DNA of 25,767 nucleotides from a virus (Duplodnaviria; Caudoviricetes), in IMG/VR virus record IMGVR_UViG_3300049492_000010, positions 1-25,767 of that record; one strand, written 5' to 3'. The notes beneath the pieces are model-generated. The model did not search any database. It saw only the letters and a program-made list of their open reading frames with translations, and had not been told where the DNA came from. The position numbers were made by a program, and so were the translations under genes. Of this stretch, positions 16,762-25,767 are shown piece after piece. Numbering within the stretch: the first letter of the stretch is position 1; every line of letters begins with the position of its first letter.

Positions 16762-18131
16762 GCTTGCCACCCTGCTCCCATGCTGTGCTCGTATCGTTTC
16801 GGTGGAGGACACCCTAGCACCCTGCGGCCTTCGGCCTCGAGGTCGTCCCGCAGCCCCACTAGTTCCTCAGGGCTCAGGTGATCCGTGAACACGTGGGACA
16901 CGTAGTCGCCCGGGATGCCCTTGTAGTAGTCGGCCACCCGTAAGTAATCAACACTCTCGGCGTGGAGCTTGTCCCCCGACTTGGCGGTGTAGGTCCAATA
17001 GCCCGGCTGCTCTTGCCTGGCGTCATCAAAGTACGGCGTGCCCGGATAGGGTGTGATGATCGTTGCGTCGAAGTCGTCCGGGCGCGTCTCGAGGAGCCAT
17101 TCCTTCGTGGCTTCAACCGTTTCCCTTGACTCCCCCGGATGCCCCAAGGATAATAGGGCCTTCACCCTAAGCCCGTGCGCCTTGGCGATAGCTACGCATC
17201 GCGTGTTATCTGCCCGAGTAGCTTTCTTCTCGATGTTCTTCAGGATGCGCTCGTGGCCGGACTCGAACCCTACTAGGATTTCCCTGAATCCGGCCCAGTG
17301 CATCGCTTCCGCTTGCTGGTCTGTGAACAGTTCAGCCTTGATGAACCCTCGCAAGCGTAGATCAAGCCCGAGATCGTGAATGCCGTTCATCAGCCCAACC
17401 ATCCCAGGGTTCACGTTCAATTCGTCGTCCATGAACATGAACCCTCGACAGCTATAGACCTGGTGGACGTAGGCGATCTCATCGAGGACGTTCTGCGTCG
17501 AACGAGTACGAATGCGCCGAAGGAACGCACTGCGCCTACCCCCACAGAACCCACACCCAAACGGGCACCCAAGCTGCGCGATCAAGGACAGTGCTCGAAC
17601 CCCGTCAATCTGGTAGTGGTAGCTTTCTACGTCCACCAAATGGCGGGCGGCCCAAGGCAGGGCCTCGAGATCGGCGTTTGTCTGGAACAGCGGCGATTTC
17701 GGGTCGTCCGCGTTGATGAGCCCTCGGCCATCCAGGGCCTCGAGGACGGCGCCCTCTCCATCTCCTGCCACTACCACGTCAAAGAGGCCCAGAAGGTCCC
17801 AAAGGCTAGCGGCGCCCCGGGTGGTTGCCCGGGCCGCATGGACGAGGGTTGCGTGGGGTCCTCCGATGATCGTGCGGCGCCCCGCCTCCCTTAGCCCGTT
17901 AGCAATCTTTACCGCTGCCGGCATCTGAGGCGTCGTTGCGGTAATCCCGTAGATGTCCGCCTTCGTGGCCTCAAGAACCTTGGCGCAGTCCTTCCGCCCG
18001 GCAAGGTCCAAGAACTGGACTTCGTGGCCCTTCTCCTCGAGCACCGCCGCAACCCTGAGCAGACCTAAAGGCATGAACACGCGGTCATCCATCAGAAAGG
18101 CAGACGGCGGGTTGATCAGGCAGACGCGCAT
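16758..18131 (-). CDS. Cobalamin-binding radical SAM enzyme (class B methyltransferase-like)
   Basis: LINPP, PLGLLRVAAVLE, IIGGPHAT, DVVVAGDGE (B12-binding domain); GCPFGCGFC (CxxxCxxC); GFESG; TPYPGT. Start moved to MRVCL at 18131. Confidence 0.92.
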   Translation of the reverse strand: MRVCLINPPSAFLMDDRVFMPLGLLRVAAVLEEKGHEVQFLDLAGRKDCAKVLEATKADIYGITATTPQMPAAVKIANGLREAGRRTIIGGPHATLVHAARATTRGAASLWDLLGLFDVVVAGDGEGAVLEALDGRGLINADDPKSPLFQTNADLEALPWAARHLVDVESYHYQIDGVRALSLIAQLGCPFGCGFCGGRRSAFLRRIRTRSTQNVLDEIAYVHQVYSCRGFMFMDDELNVNPGMVGLMNGIHDLGLDLRLRGFIKAELFTDQQAEAMHWAGFREILVGFESGHERILKNIEKKATRADNTRCVAIAKAHGLRVKALLSLGHPGESRETVEATKEWLLETRPDDFDATIITPYPGTPYFDDARQEQPGYWTYTAKSGDKLHAESVDYLRVADYYKGIPGDYVSHVFTDHLSPEELVGLRDDLEAEGRRVLGCPPPKRYEHSMGAGWQA

Positions 18132-18757
18132 TGCTGGTATAGCCACTTCTTACGGGTTGGTCCCTTGTAGTGGACGATGGAGGCATGGCTCACGTCGTCC
18201 GTGCGTGCCTTTGGGGCGTAGTTGAACTCCAGGCCGGGAAGGATGGTGTAGTTCAAACCCCCGGCCTCAAGTACCTTGCTCGCTACGATCTGGTTGCCCA
18301 TCCAGTGCCGGTCATCCTTGGTCGCCTTGAGCAACCCGTCCACTACGGCAGACCAGAACGCCTTACCGTTACGCTGGAACACAACCCCGATATTGAAGTT
18401 CCCGCACCAGGGGAACAACGTCTCGCCCGGGACAAGCGTCCCAACCCTGTCCGTGATGGCGAAGTCCCAGGTGGCGCCGTCGAACACGTGCCGAACGTCC
18501 TTCTGCACTACCGTATCCGTGTCGATCAGCAACCAGTCACCCTCACAGTGGGCATAGTGCCTGGCCGTGGCAAGGCACAGCGGCTCGTGAGGGAGGCGCC
18601 GGATGGAATCAACCCCGTAGACCGGGGCGCTCTTCTGGTCGGTAAGCTGAACAATCTCCACGTCTGGCATGACCTTGCGCACAGACTTGATCATGTTGCG
18701 CCCTAGGACGTAGTGGATGGGGTCGCGCTCGAACGAGGTGTAGAACCCGATTCTCAC
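18116..18757 (-). CDS. GT-A nucleotide-diphospho-sugar transferase (GT8/GT77-like)
   Basis: LLIDTDTVV (DxD), FNIGVVF, GNQ, FNYAP, IVHYKG; GTGA coupling. Confidence 0.82.
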   Translation of the reverse strand: MRIGFYTSFERDPIHYVLGRNMIKSVRKVMPDVEIVQLTDQKSAPVYGVDSIRRLPHEPLCLATARHYAHCEGDWLLIDTDTVVQKDVRHVFDGATWDFAITDRVGTLVPGETLFPWCGNFNIGVVFQRNGKAFWSAVVDGLLKATKDDRHWMGNQIVASKVLEAGGLNYTILPGLEFNYAPKARTDDVSHASIVHYKGPTRKKWLYQQCASA

Positions 18758-20198
18758 GCAGCCATCTCCCCTAGGTGCAGAGGGACCAGCATCGCCAGCG
18801 TAGACCGTCCCTTGAATGGTTCGTAGGGCATGACCAGGACGTAATCCTTCAGCGCCGGGGCGAGCTTCTTGACGTTCGCCAGGCCCTTGCCGGTGGGGCC
18901 GCCGTGGTAGTCATCGAACAGGTACACGGCGCCCTGAGCGGACAGCTCAAGGATCATGGGCACCTCATCCTGCCCAATCCGCCCGTCGAAGAAGAACACC
19001 TCGGCCCTGACCCCATCCTTGAGCAGCTTGTCGAACATCTCCGCGCTGGTGCGCTTGGGGTGGGTATGAATCCTGTCCGTGGCCGGGAAGCAGTCATTCC
19101 GGGCGTCACAGGTGTAGATATGGTCGGCCACGAGGGCATGGGTACTCTTGCCGATGAACGTCCCAACCTCAATCGCAACCTTGGGGCGCCGCCACGCACA
19201 GACCGACCGGATCAGTAGCCCAGTTTCGAGCGAGATCGAACCCGTGTTGTTTTCGGCCTTCTCCCGGCGCTTCTCCGCGATCTCCCACCACTGTTGAAGC
19301 TCAGGAAGCCAGGATGGCTCAGGCTCCGCGAAGCAGATAGCCTCCCAGGCATTCTTGGCCTTGGGTGCTATGGGATAGTCTGGAAAGTGGACACGCGCAT
19401 GCCTGACGAACTGCGCTCGCTCGGTCTGCCTGACCGTACAAGCGTTGGCGAGGTTCTCCTCCTCGATCAAGGACTGCTGTAGGCCTTGGCCGTGGAACAC
19501 GCAGAACACGGGATAAGCGCGCATGGCGTTGATAGCCTCGGCTACCCCGTTCGCCATGATCTTCGTCGTGGTGTACTTGACCCCTTGAGACTGCCAGGAC
19601 GTATCGGGCTTCTGGACCTTGCCGAAGTGCTCCCCGGCATGACGAGCGCCGTCCTCACCGAATGACCCATCCATCCCATGGACCTCGAAGTGCCTGGCCC
19701 CGAGGATGCCCCCAATCTGGATAGCCGCTAGCCCGATGTTCGAGCCGGTGTTGACCAGGAGCTTGTCGAAGTCGTTCGCGGACAACCACTCCAAGTCCGA
19801 GTCAATCGTGCTTGAGACACAGTGCCAGATCAGGATCTTCTGGTCCTTGAGGGTGTCGAAGTAGATCGGGGCGCAGACCGAAGCGATCAGGTAAGTCACC
19901 CCCTCTACGGGTGGGATGAGTTGCTTGATCTTGTGCGCCCTCGGGTCCATGTCTATGTGGTAGTCCGGGATGAACCCACGCTCAGCGAGGAACCTCGTGG
20001 CTCCGCTCATGCTGATGCAGGGGTGCTTTATGTCCTGCCAGGTGTCCCGAAGCGAAGGCCCGTAACATGCTATGTGCATTACGGTTGACTCGTCTATGGG
20101 CTGCTGTTCGAGGCGTGGAATGTCCCGATGAATGGCCGCCAGCATGTTCTGCCGACGTGTCTCCACGTCCACTGCGGCTTGCATCTTGTACGGGATTT

Positions 20199-20202
<4 letters not shown>
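18754..20202 (-). CDS. Fusion protein: Maf/DUF115 (MAF_flag10, MptE-like) domain plus class I SAM-dependent methyltransferase
   Basis: N-half: [55 protein letters not shown]-half: [22 protein letters not shown]. Start moved to ATG 20202 (ATGA with the collagen stop). Confidence 0.78.
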
Positions 20203-21696
<1,494 letters not shown>

Positions 21697-21697
<1 letters not shown>

Positions 21698-21894
21698 TAG
21701 AACCGCCCAGAACAGGGCACACAGACCTGGACACCGTCCCCGTAAGTCCGCCAGATGCTCACCTGCTTCTGACAGCACGAGCAGGTAACGCTTCCGGTGG
21801 TCCCACTGATACCAGGGGTGACCATGAACAGGGGACTAGGCTTGGCTTGCTCGACCGGCTTACGCTTCCACGGCCACAACCTGCCCCAATCCAT
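21697..21894 (-). CDS. Small zinc-ribbon protein (65 aa)
   Basis: GAGG RBS; CSCC...CVPC; coupled to the next gene. Confidence 0.6.
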
Positions 21895-21902
21895 TGCTAG
21901 CC

Positions 21903-22271
21903 TCAGTATTTGAAGGTCACGAGCTCTTGGACGATGTTGTCACCCTGAACCGTACTCGCCTCAGCTACCACAATCTCACCGTCGAACACGTCATGGATGG
22001 CAAGGATGAAACCAGAAGGACTCAACGTCCAGTAGGTAGCGTTAAGGCCCCAGGATGGAGGGAATACCGTGTCTGCGGGGCATTGACTAGGCTTGATGAT
22101 CTTGCGTTCCTTGGTGTAGTAGGTCGCCCGGAAGGCTATGGTCCCCCAGGTTCCACACTGCTGTCCTAGACGTTTGGGGGTGACCTTGATGTGATGGACC
22201 CGGCAGTGTGCAGGTATTTCTTGGGCAGCAAGCGGTGCCCCGAGCAAGAGCAAAAGAGCGAACCACCTCAC
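21903..22271 (-). CDS. Exported protein with Sec signal peptide (122 aa)
   Basis: GTG 22271 overlaps the terL stop (GTGA); MRWFALLLLLGAPLAA|QEIP signal peptide. Confidence 0.65.
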   Translation of the reverse strand: MRWFALLLLLGAPLAAQEIPAHCRVHHIKVTPKRLGQQCGTWGTIAFRATYYTKERKIIKPSQCPADTVFPPSWGLNATYWTLSPSGFILAIHDVFDGEIVVAEASTVQGDNIVQELVTFKY

Positions 22272-23584
22272 GACCACCCCCACTGCGTAGGCATCGCCAT
22301 TGCCGCCTGTTTCTTGGCTTCCCTGGGTATCTGGTGCCTGACCGCCAACCCTCGAAACCCATCCGCACCATGACTAGCCCAGTCGTGAACCGGAGTAGCC
22401 TTGAACTCGTTGAGCCGCTGGTTGTAGTCCCTGCGGTAGTGGACGAGCGCCTCAAGACCAGCCTTACACTTGGTCGCATCGAACCAGCAACGCTTGAACA
22501 GCATCCGAGCCGCGTGAATCCCTTCCTCAACCTCGCTCGCTCCATGCTGTAGACGTGGAGTGATCTGGAACCGAATACCCATACTGGCGGCTACCTCTAG
22601 CCTGGACCGGCCGGAGGACATCTCGCGGACCTGAATGTCATGCGGCGCCCAGTGCTTGCCGTAAGTGTACCCCCGGTCGGAGAGGATCTTGGCGTAATGC
22701 GGGAAGCCCTCACCCGAAGCCTCGTAGTAGTCGATGAGTCGAACCTCTCCCGACCTGGTGGACTGGGAGAACCAGATAGCCATGGCGTCACCGACTCCGA
22801 GGTCCCAGTCGGTGTCTACGGGTAGAGCAGAGTCATAAGGAACCGTGGTCACTCTGCCTTCGGCCCGTGCGGCTTCGAGCTCGGAGGAGAAGATGGCGCC
22901 CTTGACGGCAGCCTCGAACGAGCACTCAAACTCTTGCGCGTACTCATCCGGGGTCATGACCTCACGGGCCGCTGAGAGGTACGCCTCGTCCAATAGCCCG
23001 GTTTGACTGGCTTTGTACTCGGAGAAGAACCAATCCTTATCGCCTTTGGCCTGACGTTCCTTGGCGTGCTGGGCTATTTCATAGAACTGGTTACGCCCGT
23101 TGGGGGTACCTTGGAACAGAGCCCAGCCTCCACGGTCCACGAGGGTTGCGCTCACGACCTCGGTGTAGGTCTTGGGTGGGTGTAGGCCATACTCGTCCAG
23201 CACTACCCCATCGAAGTACAGGCCTCGAAGGCTGTCAGGGTTGTCTGCTCCGTAGATCCTGCTCTGTCCACCATTGGGATAGTCAACTCTTAGTTCTGAC
23301 TGGTTGACCTTCACCCCAGGCACGGGGCGCGAGTAGAACTGCATGTAGTCGAAGGCAATGGCCTTGCCTTGAGTGTACGTGGGTGCGATGTAGCCAAACC
23401 TGGGCCTATCCCGAGTGCAGATCAGGGCGCCGCGTTGGAGCTCGTTGATCCCTAGCACTGTCTTGCCGAACCTACGATGGCAGACGATGACCCCGAACCT
23501 GTGCTGCCGCATGAGCCGGTGAACCTCAAGCTGTAGCACCCGAGGGGCATAATCGATCTCAACCCTCGTTACTCGCCCTTCCAC
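22268..23584 (-). CDS. terL: Terminase large subunit
   Basis: Walker A CHRRFGKT, Walker B LRG...VVLDE, coupling motif GTPNG, QEFECSF, nuclease WDLG..D and HDWASHGADGFR. Confidence 0.96.
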   Translation of the reverse strand: MEGRVTRVEIDYAPRVLQLEVHRLMRQHRFGVIVCHRRFGKTVLGINELQRGALICTRDRPRFGYIAPTYTQGKAIAFDYMQFYSRPVPGVKVNQSELRVDYPNGGQSRIYGADNPDSLRGLYFDGVVLDEYGLHPPKTYTEVVSATLVDRGGWALFQGTPNGRNQFYEIAQHAKERQAKGDKDWFFSEYKASQTGLLDEAYLSAAREVMTPDEYAQEFECSFEAAVKGAIFSSELEAARAEGRVTTVPYDSALPVDTDWDLGVGDAMAIWFSQSTRSGEVRLIDYYEASGEGFPHYAKILSDRGYTYGKHWAPHDIQVREMSSGRSRLEVAASMGIRFQITPRLQHGASEVEEGIHAARMLFKRCWFDATKCKAGLEALVHYRRDYNQRLNEFKATPVHDWASHGADGFRGLAVRHQIPREAKKQAAMAMPTQWGWS

Positions 23585-23976
23585 ACGATCTCCAGCTTGC
23601 CCGTAAGGTGCTGTTCCTGAACCTGCTCCATGGGTTTATCCAAAGCCCGGTTCATCAGATCTGTGAAGGCTTGGACGCTAGGGTCCTTCTCCCACACCTC
23701 GATGATCTCCTGGTCGTTGGTCAGGTCGTTCCTGAGCTTTGCCATGGCCTCGGTAACCCTGACAAACTTGCCGCCCTTCTTCTCCCTGACTACAAGGTAC
23801 TTGATGCCCTTGGCGTGAGCTACTTGGGAAGCAACCATCTCGTCCATGTGCTTTAGGACTACTTGGCGTAGGGCTTCTCTGGCTTGTTCCTTGGAGATGG
23901 TTTTGGCTGTCTTGTAGCCTTTGGGCATGCCGGCGCCTGGCCGAGCGCCACCATTGACCTTTTTCAGTTCTTTCAC
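23569..23976 (-). CDS. terS: Terminase small subunit
   Basis: GGARPGAGMPKG N-terminal motif, C-terminal HLTGKLEIVWKGE beta-strand, directly upstream of terL. Confidence 0.75.
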   Translation of the reverse strand: MKELKKVNGGARPGAGMPKGYKTAKTISKEQAREALRQVVLKHMDEMVASQVAHAKGIKYLVVREKKGGKFVRVTEAMAKLRNDLTNDQEIIEVWEKDPSVQAFTDLMNRALDKPMEQVQEQHLTGKLEIVWKGE

Positions 23977-24113
23977 TTGGGGACATCAATCTGCCCATGC
24001 AGATAGTGCTGGGTAGCTTCAAGGGCTGCTACACGTTGGGCTAGGTCGTAGACGTAGCCTAGGAGTGTTAGGACAAGTGCTCCCGTGGCTAGGGTTTCTT
24101 TGGTGGCCTTCAT
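23973..24113 (-). CDS. Small single-TM protein (46 aa), holin/antiholin-like
   Basis: MKATKETLATGALVLTLLGYVYDLAQRVAALEA...; ATGA and GTGA couplings on both sides. Confidence 0.6.
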   Translation of the reverse strand: MKATKETLATGALVLTLLGYVYDLAQRVAALEATQHYLHGQIDVPK

Positions 24114-25690
24114 GGAATGTTCAGCGGTTGCGGCGTACCTGTGGCCAGGACTGCATCCCCGCTCGTCTGCCAGCGCCAGCGGTAGTACCAGACCCCCGCA
24201 GGTACGGTCATGTCCGCCGAGCCTCCCGAGGAGCAGGTGGTGTCCTGTACTGAGGTCGGGGAGGACATGCCTGCATTGTCGTCGTAGTCGAGGGTGCAAC
24301 GGGCTGCGCCGAGGGCGGCAAGGGCGGTGCTTGGGGCTCCGATCTGCACGGGGACGGTGCGATCACCGCCTACGGGAGTCGGGAGCGTGGTGAACGTGGT
24401 GTCGGCCACCGCCCGCGTCCCGCCTTGGCAGGTATCCATCGAGAGCTTGTAGGTGGTCGAGGCGGTCAGGCCAGTGAAGATCGCCGTCCTTCGCGATGGT
24501 CCCTCTGTCGTCGTCTCGGTGTCGATTGGCGTTCCTCCAGAGTCCTTCAGAGTTACGACGCAATCGGACGAGTAGGGGATGCCGATGGCTCCGTACTGGA
24601 CGAGCACGCTCGTGTCCAGCGGACGAACGAAGAACCACGCGTTCTTGTCCGTGCGTCGAGAGGCTACGAAGTCGAAAGCGTAGGTCATGCCCTGATTGAA
24701 GAACTTCTGCCCACCGTAGGCATAGCTCTCGTTGGAGGCCAACGCGCTGAAAAGTGCGTCCGCCCGATCCCGATAGCGAGTGTCCGATGTCTTCTCGTAC
24801 AACCACTGGTAGTTGTAGACCATGAGGTTGTTGAGATCCCACGAAGGATTCCCTATCGGAAGCGGTGGCGGCGGATCGGCAAGCCATGAGTTGTACGGAA
24901 ACGACCCCGCTGCAATCCACAGCCATTCGTCCATGAAGTCGATAGCGAGCTTGACGGTCGGGAGTACGTTGGCGTCTCCGAACACCGTGTCATACCGAAT
25001 GAGTGCGTCTAGGACCAGGTGGACGTAGAAGGGTTGGATGTACCAAGCGTCCGAAGCTTCGGGGATCTCATAGGGGTCGTCTGTCCGGTAGTCCTTGGTG
25101 ATGAACCACTGGTCGATGTAGTCGATTCCTCGGTCGCGCAGCAGTTCCAGCCGGTCATTGTGTGCCCTGCCCATACCCTCAGCGTTGATGTAGCTGGTCA
25201 TGCAATAGGCGAGCGCTCGCGACCCGTCTGGATCATCGAGGTATGCTTGTAGCTCCGTCCCTTCCGGCCCGCAGAAAGCAGCACTGTCCGCGATGTCGTA
25301 AGCGGCATCACGAGACACCGTATCCGCCGTCCTGGCATAGTGATGGCGCAACCCAGTTGTGAACTGGTACTGCTCGGGGAGCCCGCCGGAATTTGGGATG
25401 GAGTAGGCGTCCCGGTAAATTTCAATCGCCCGATCTTGGCAGAGGTACCAGTCGGCGTCTCCGGTGTAATCTCCGATGAGCCCGAAGACCTTAACCGCGT
25501 CATACTGCATGTTCCCGAGACCGTTGATGTCCGGGGTCACCGCCTCGATGTCAGCGCACCAGGTCGCTCCGTAGGAGAGCATCTGGGACTCCCACGTCGC
25601 AAGATTCGGAATTGGCGGAACTGGCGTCTGCGCATAAGCCACAGTCGACAGCGCCAGAGCCGCGAACGCAAGTCGAAGCGCCTGCGTCAT
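24110..25690 (-). CDS. Secreted protein: signal peptide, alpha/alpha-barrel (six-hairpin glycosidase-like) domain, FN3-like domain(s)
   Basis: MTQALRLAFAALALSTVAYA|QTP; recurring helical hairpin motifs (YTGDADWY, LYEKTSDTRYRDRADALF); FN3 signature FTGLTASTTY...TFTTLP. Confidence 0.65.
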   Translation of the reverse strand: MTQALRLAFAALALSTVAYAQTPVPPIPNLATWESQMLSYGATWCADIEAVTPDINGLGNMQYDAVKVFGLIGDYTGDADWYLCQDRAIEIYRDAYSIPNSGGLPEQYQFTTGLRHHYARTADTVSRDAAYDIADSAAFCGPEGTELQAYLDDPDGSRALAYCMTSYINAEGMGRAHNDRLELLRDRGIDYIDQWFITKDYRTDDPYEIPEASDAWYIQPFYVHLVLDALIRYDTVFGDANVLPTVKLAIDFMDEWLWIAAGSFPYNSWLADPPPPLPIGNPSWDLNNLMVYNYQWLYEKTSDTRYRDRADALFSALASNESYAYGGQKFFNQGMTYAFDFVASRRTDKNAWFFVRPLDTSVLVQYGAIGIPYSSDCVVTLKDSGGTPIDTETTTEGPSRRTAIFTGLTASTTYKLSMDTCQGGTRAVADTTFTTLPTPVGGDRTVPVQIGAPSTALAALGAARCTLDYDDNAGMSSPTSVQDTTCSSGGSADMTVPAGVWYYRWRWQTSGDAVLATGTPQPLNIP

Positions 25691-25767
25691 GGAACCGTAA
25701 ACGCCAATCCGATGTTGATACGAGTCCCGGTTGCTGGCGTAGTCCAGACGGCTGGAGTTGTAAAGAC
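25687..25767 (-). CDS. C-terminal end of an upstream gene (partial)
   Basis: Open frame ...VFTTPAVWTTPATGTRINIGLAFTVP-stop, whose TGA overlaps the ATG of the 526-aa gene. Confidence 0.55.
   Translation of the reverse strand, partial: VFTTPAVWTTPATGTRINIGLAFTVP

Overview
This window is a tailed-phage (or prophage) late/morphogenesis region of P22-like podovirus architecture, encoded almost entirely on the minus strand as one tightly coupled operon. Reading right to left: a secreted alpha-helical/FN3 protein, a small membrane protein, terS, terL, a 6-kb insert, P22-type portal, scaffold, P22-type coat, accessory head proteins, gp4- and gp10-like tail machine proteins, a needle-position protein, a GNAT, five ejection-protein-like genes and a tail fibre. 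The main candidate for a new system is the insert between terL and portal. It pairs a Thr-rich, nearly charge-free collagen-like fibre with a Maf/DUF115-methyltransferase fusion, two GT-A glycosyltransferases and a cobalamin-dependent radical SAM enzyme, which suggests a phage-encoded system that builds a methylated glycan on virion fibres. At the left end, a 175-bp intergenic region holds two back-to-back sigma70-type promoters with operator-like palindromes. One drives an apparently leaderless operon of small genes, two of them Cys-rich and one of those YacG-like. The other points into a structured candidate small RNA. All family assignments come from motif recognition by eye, with no database searches.
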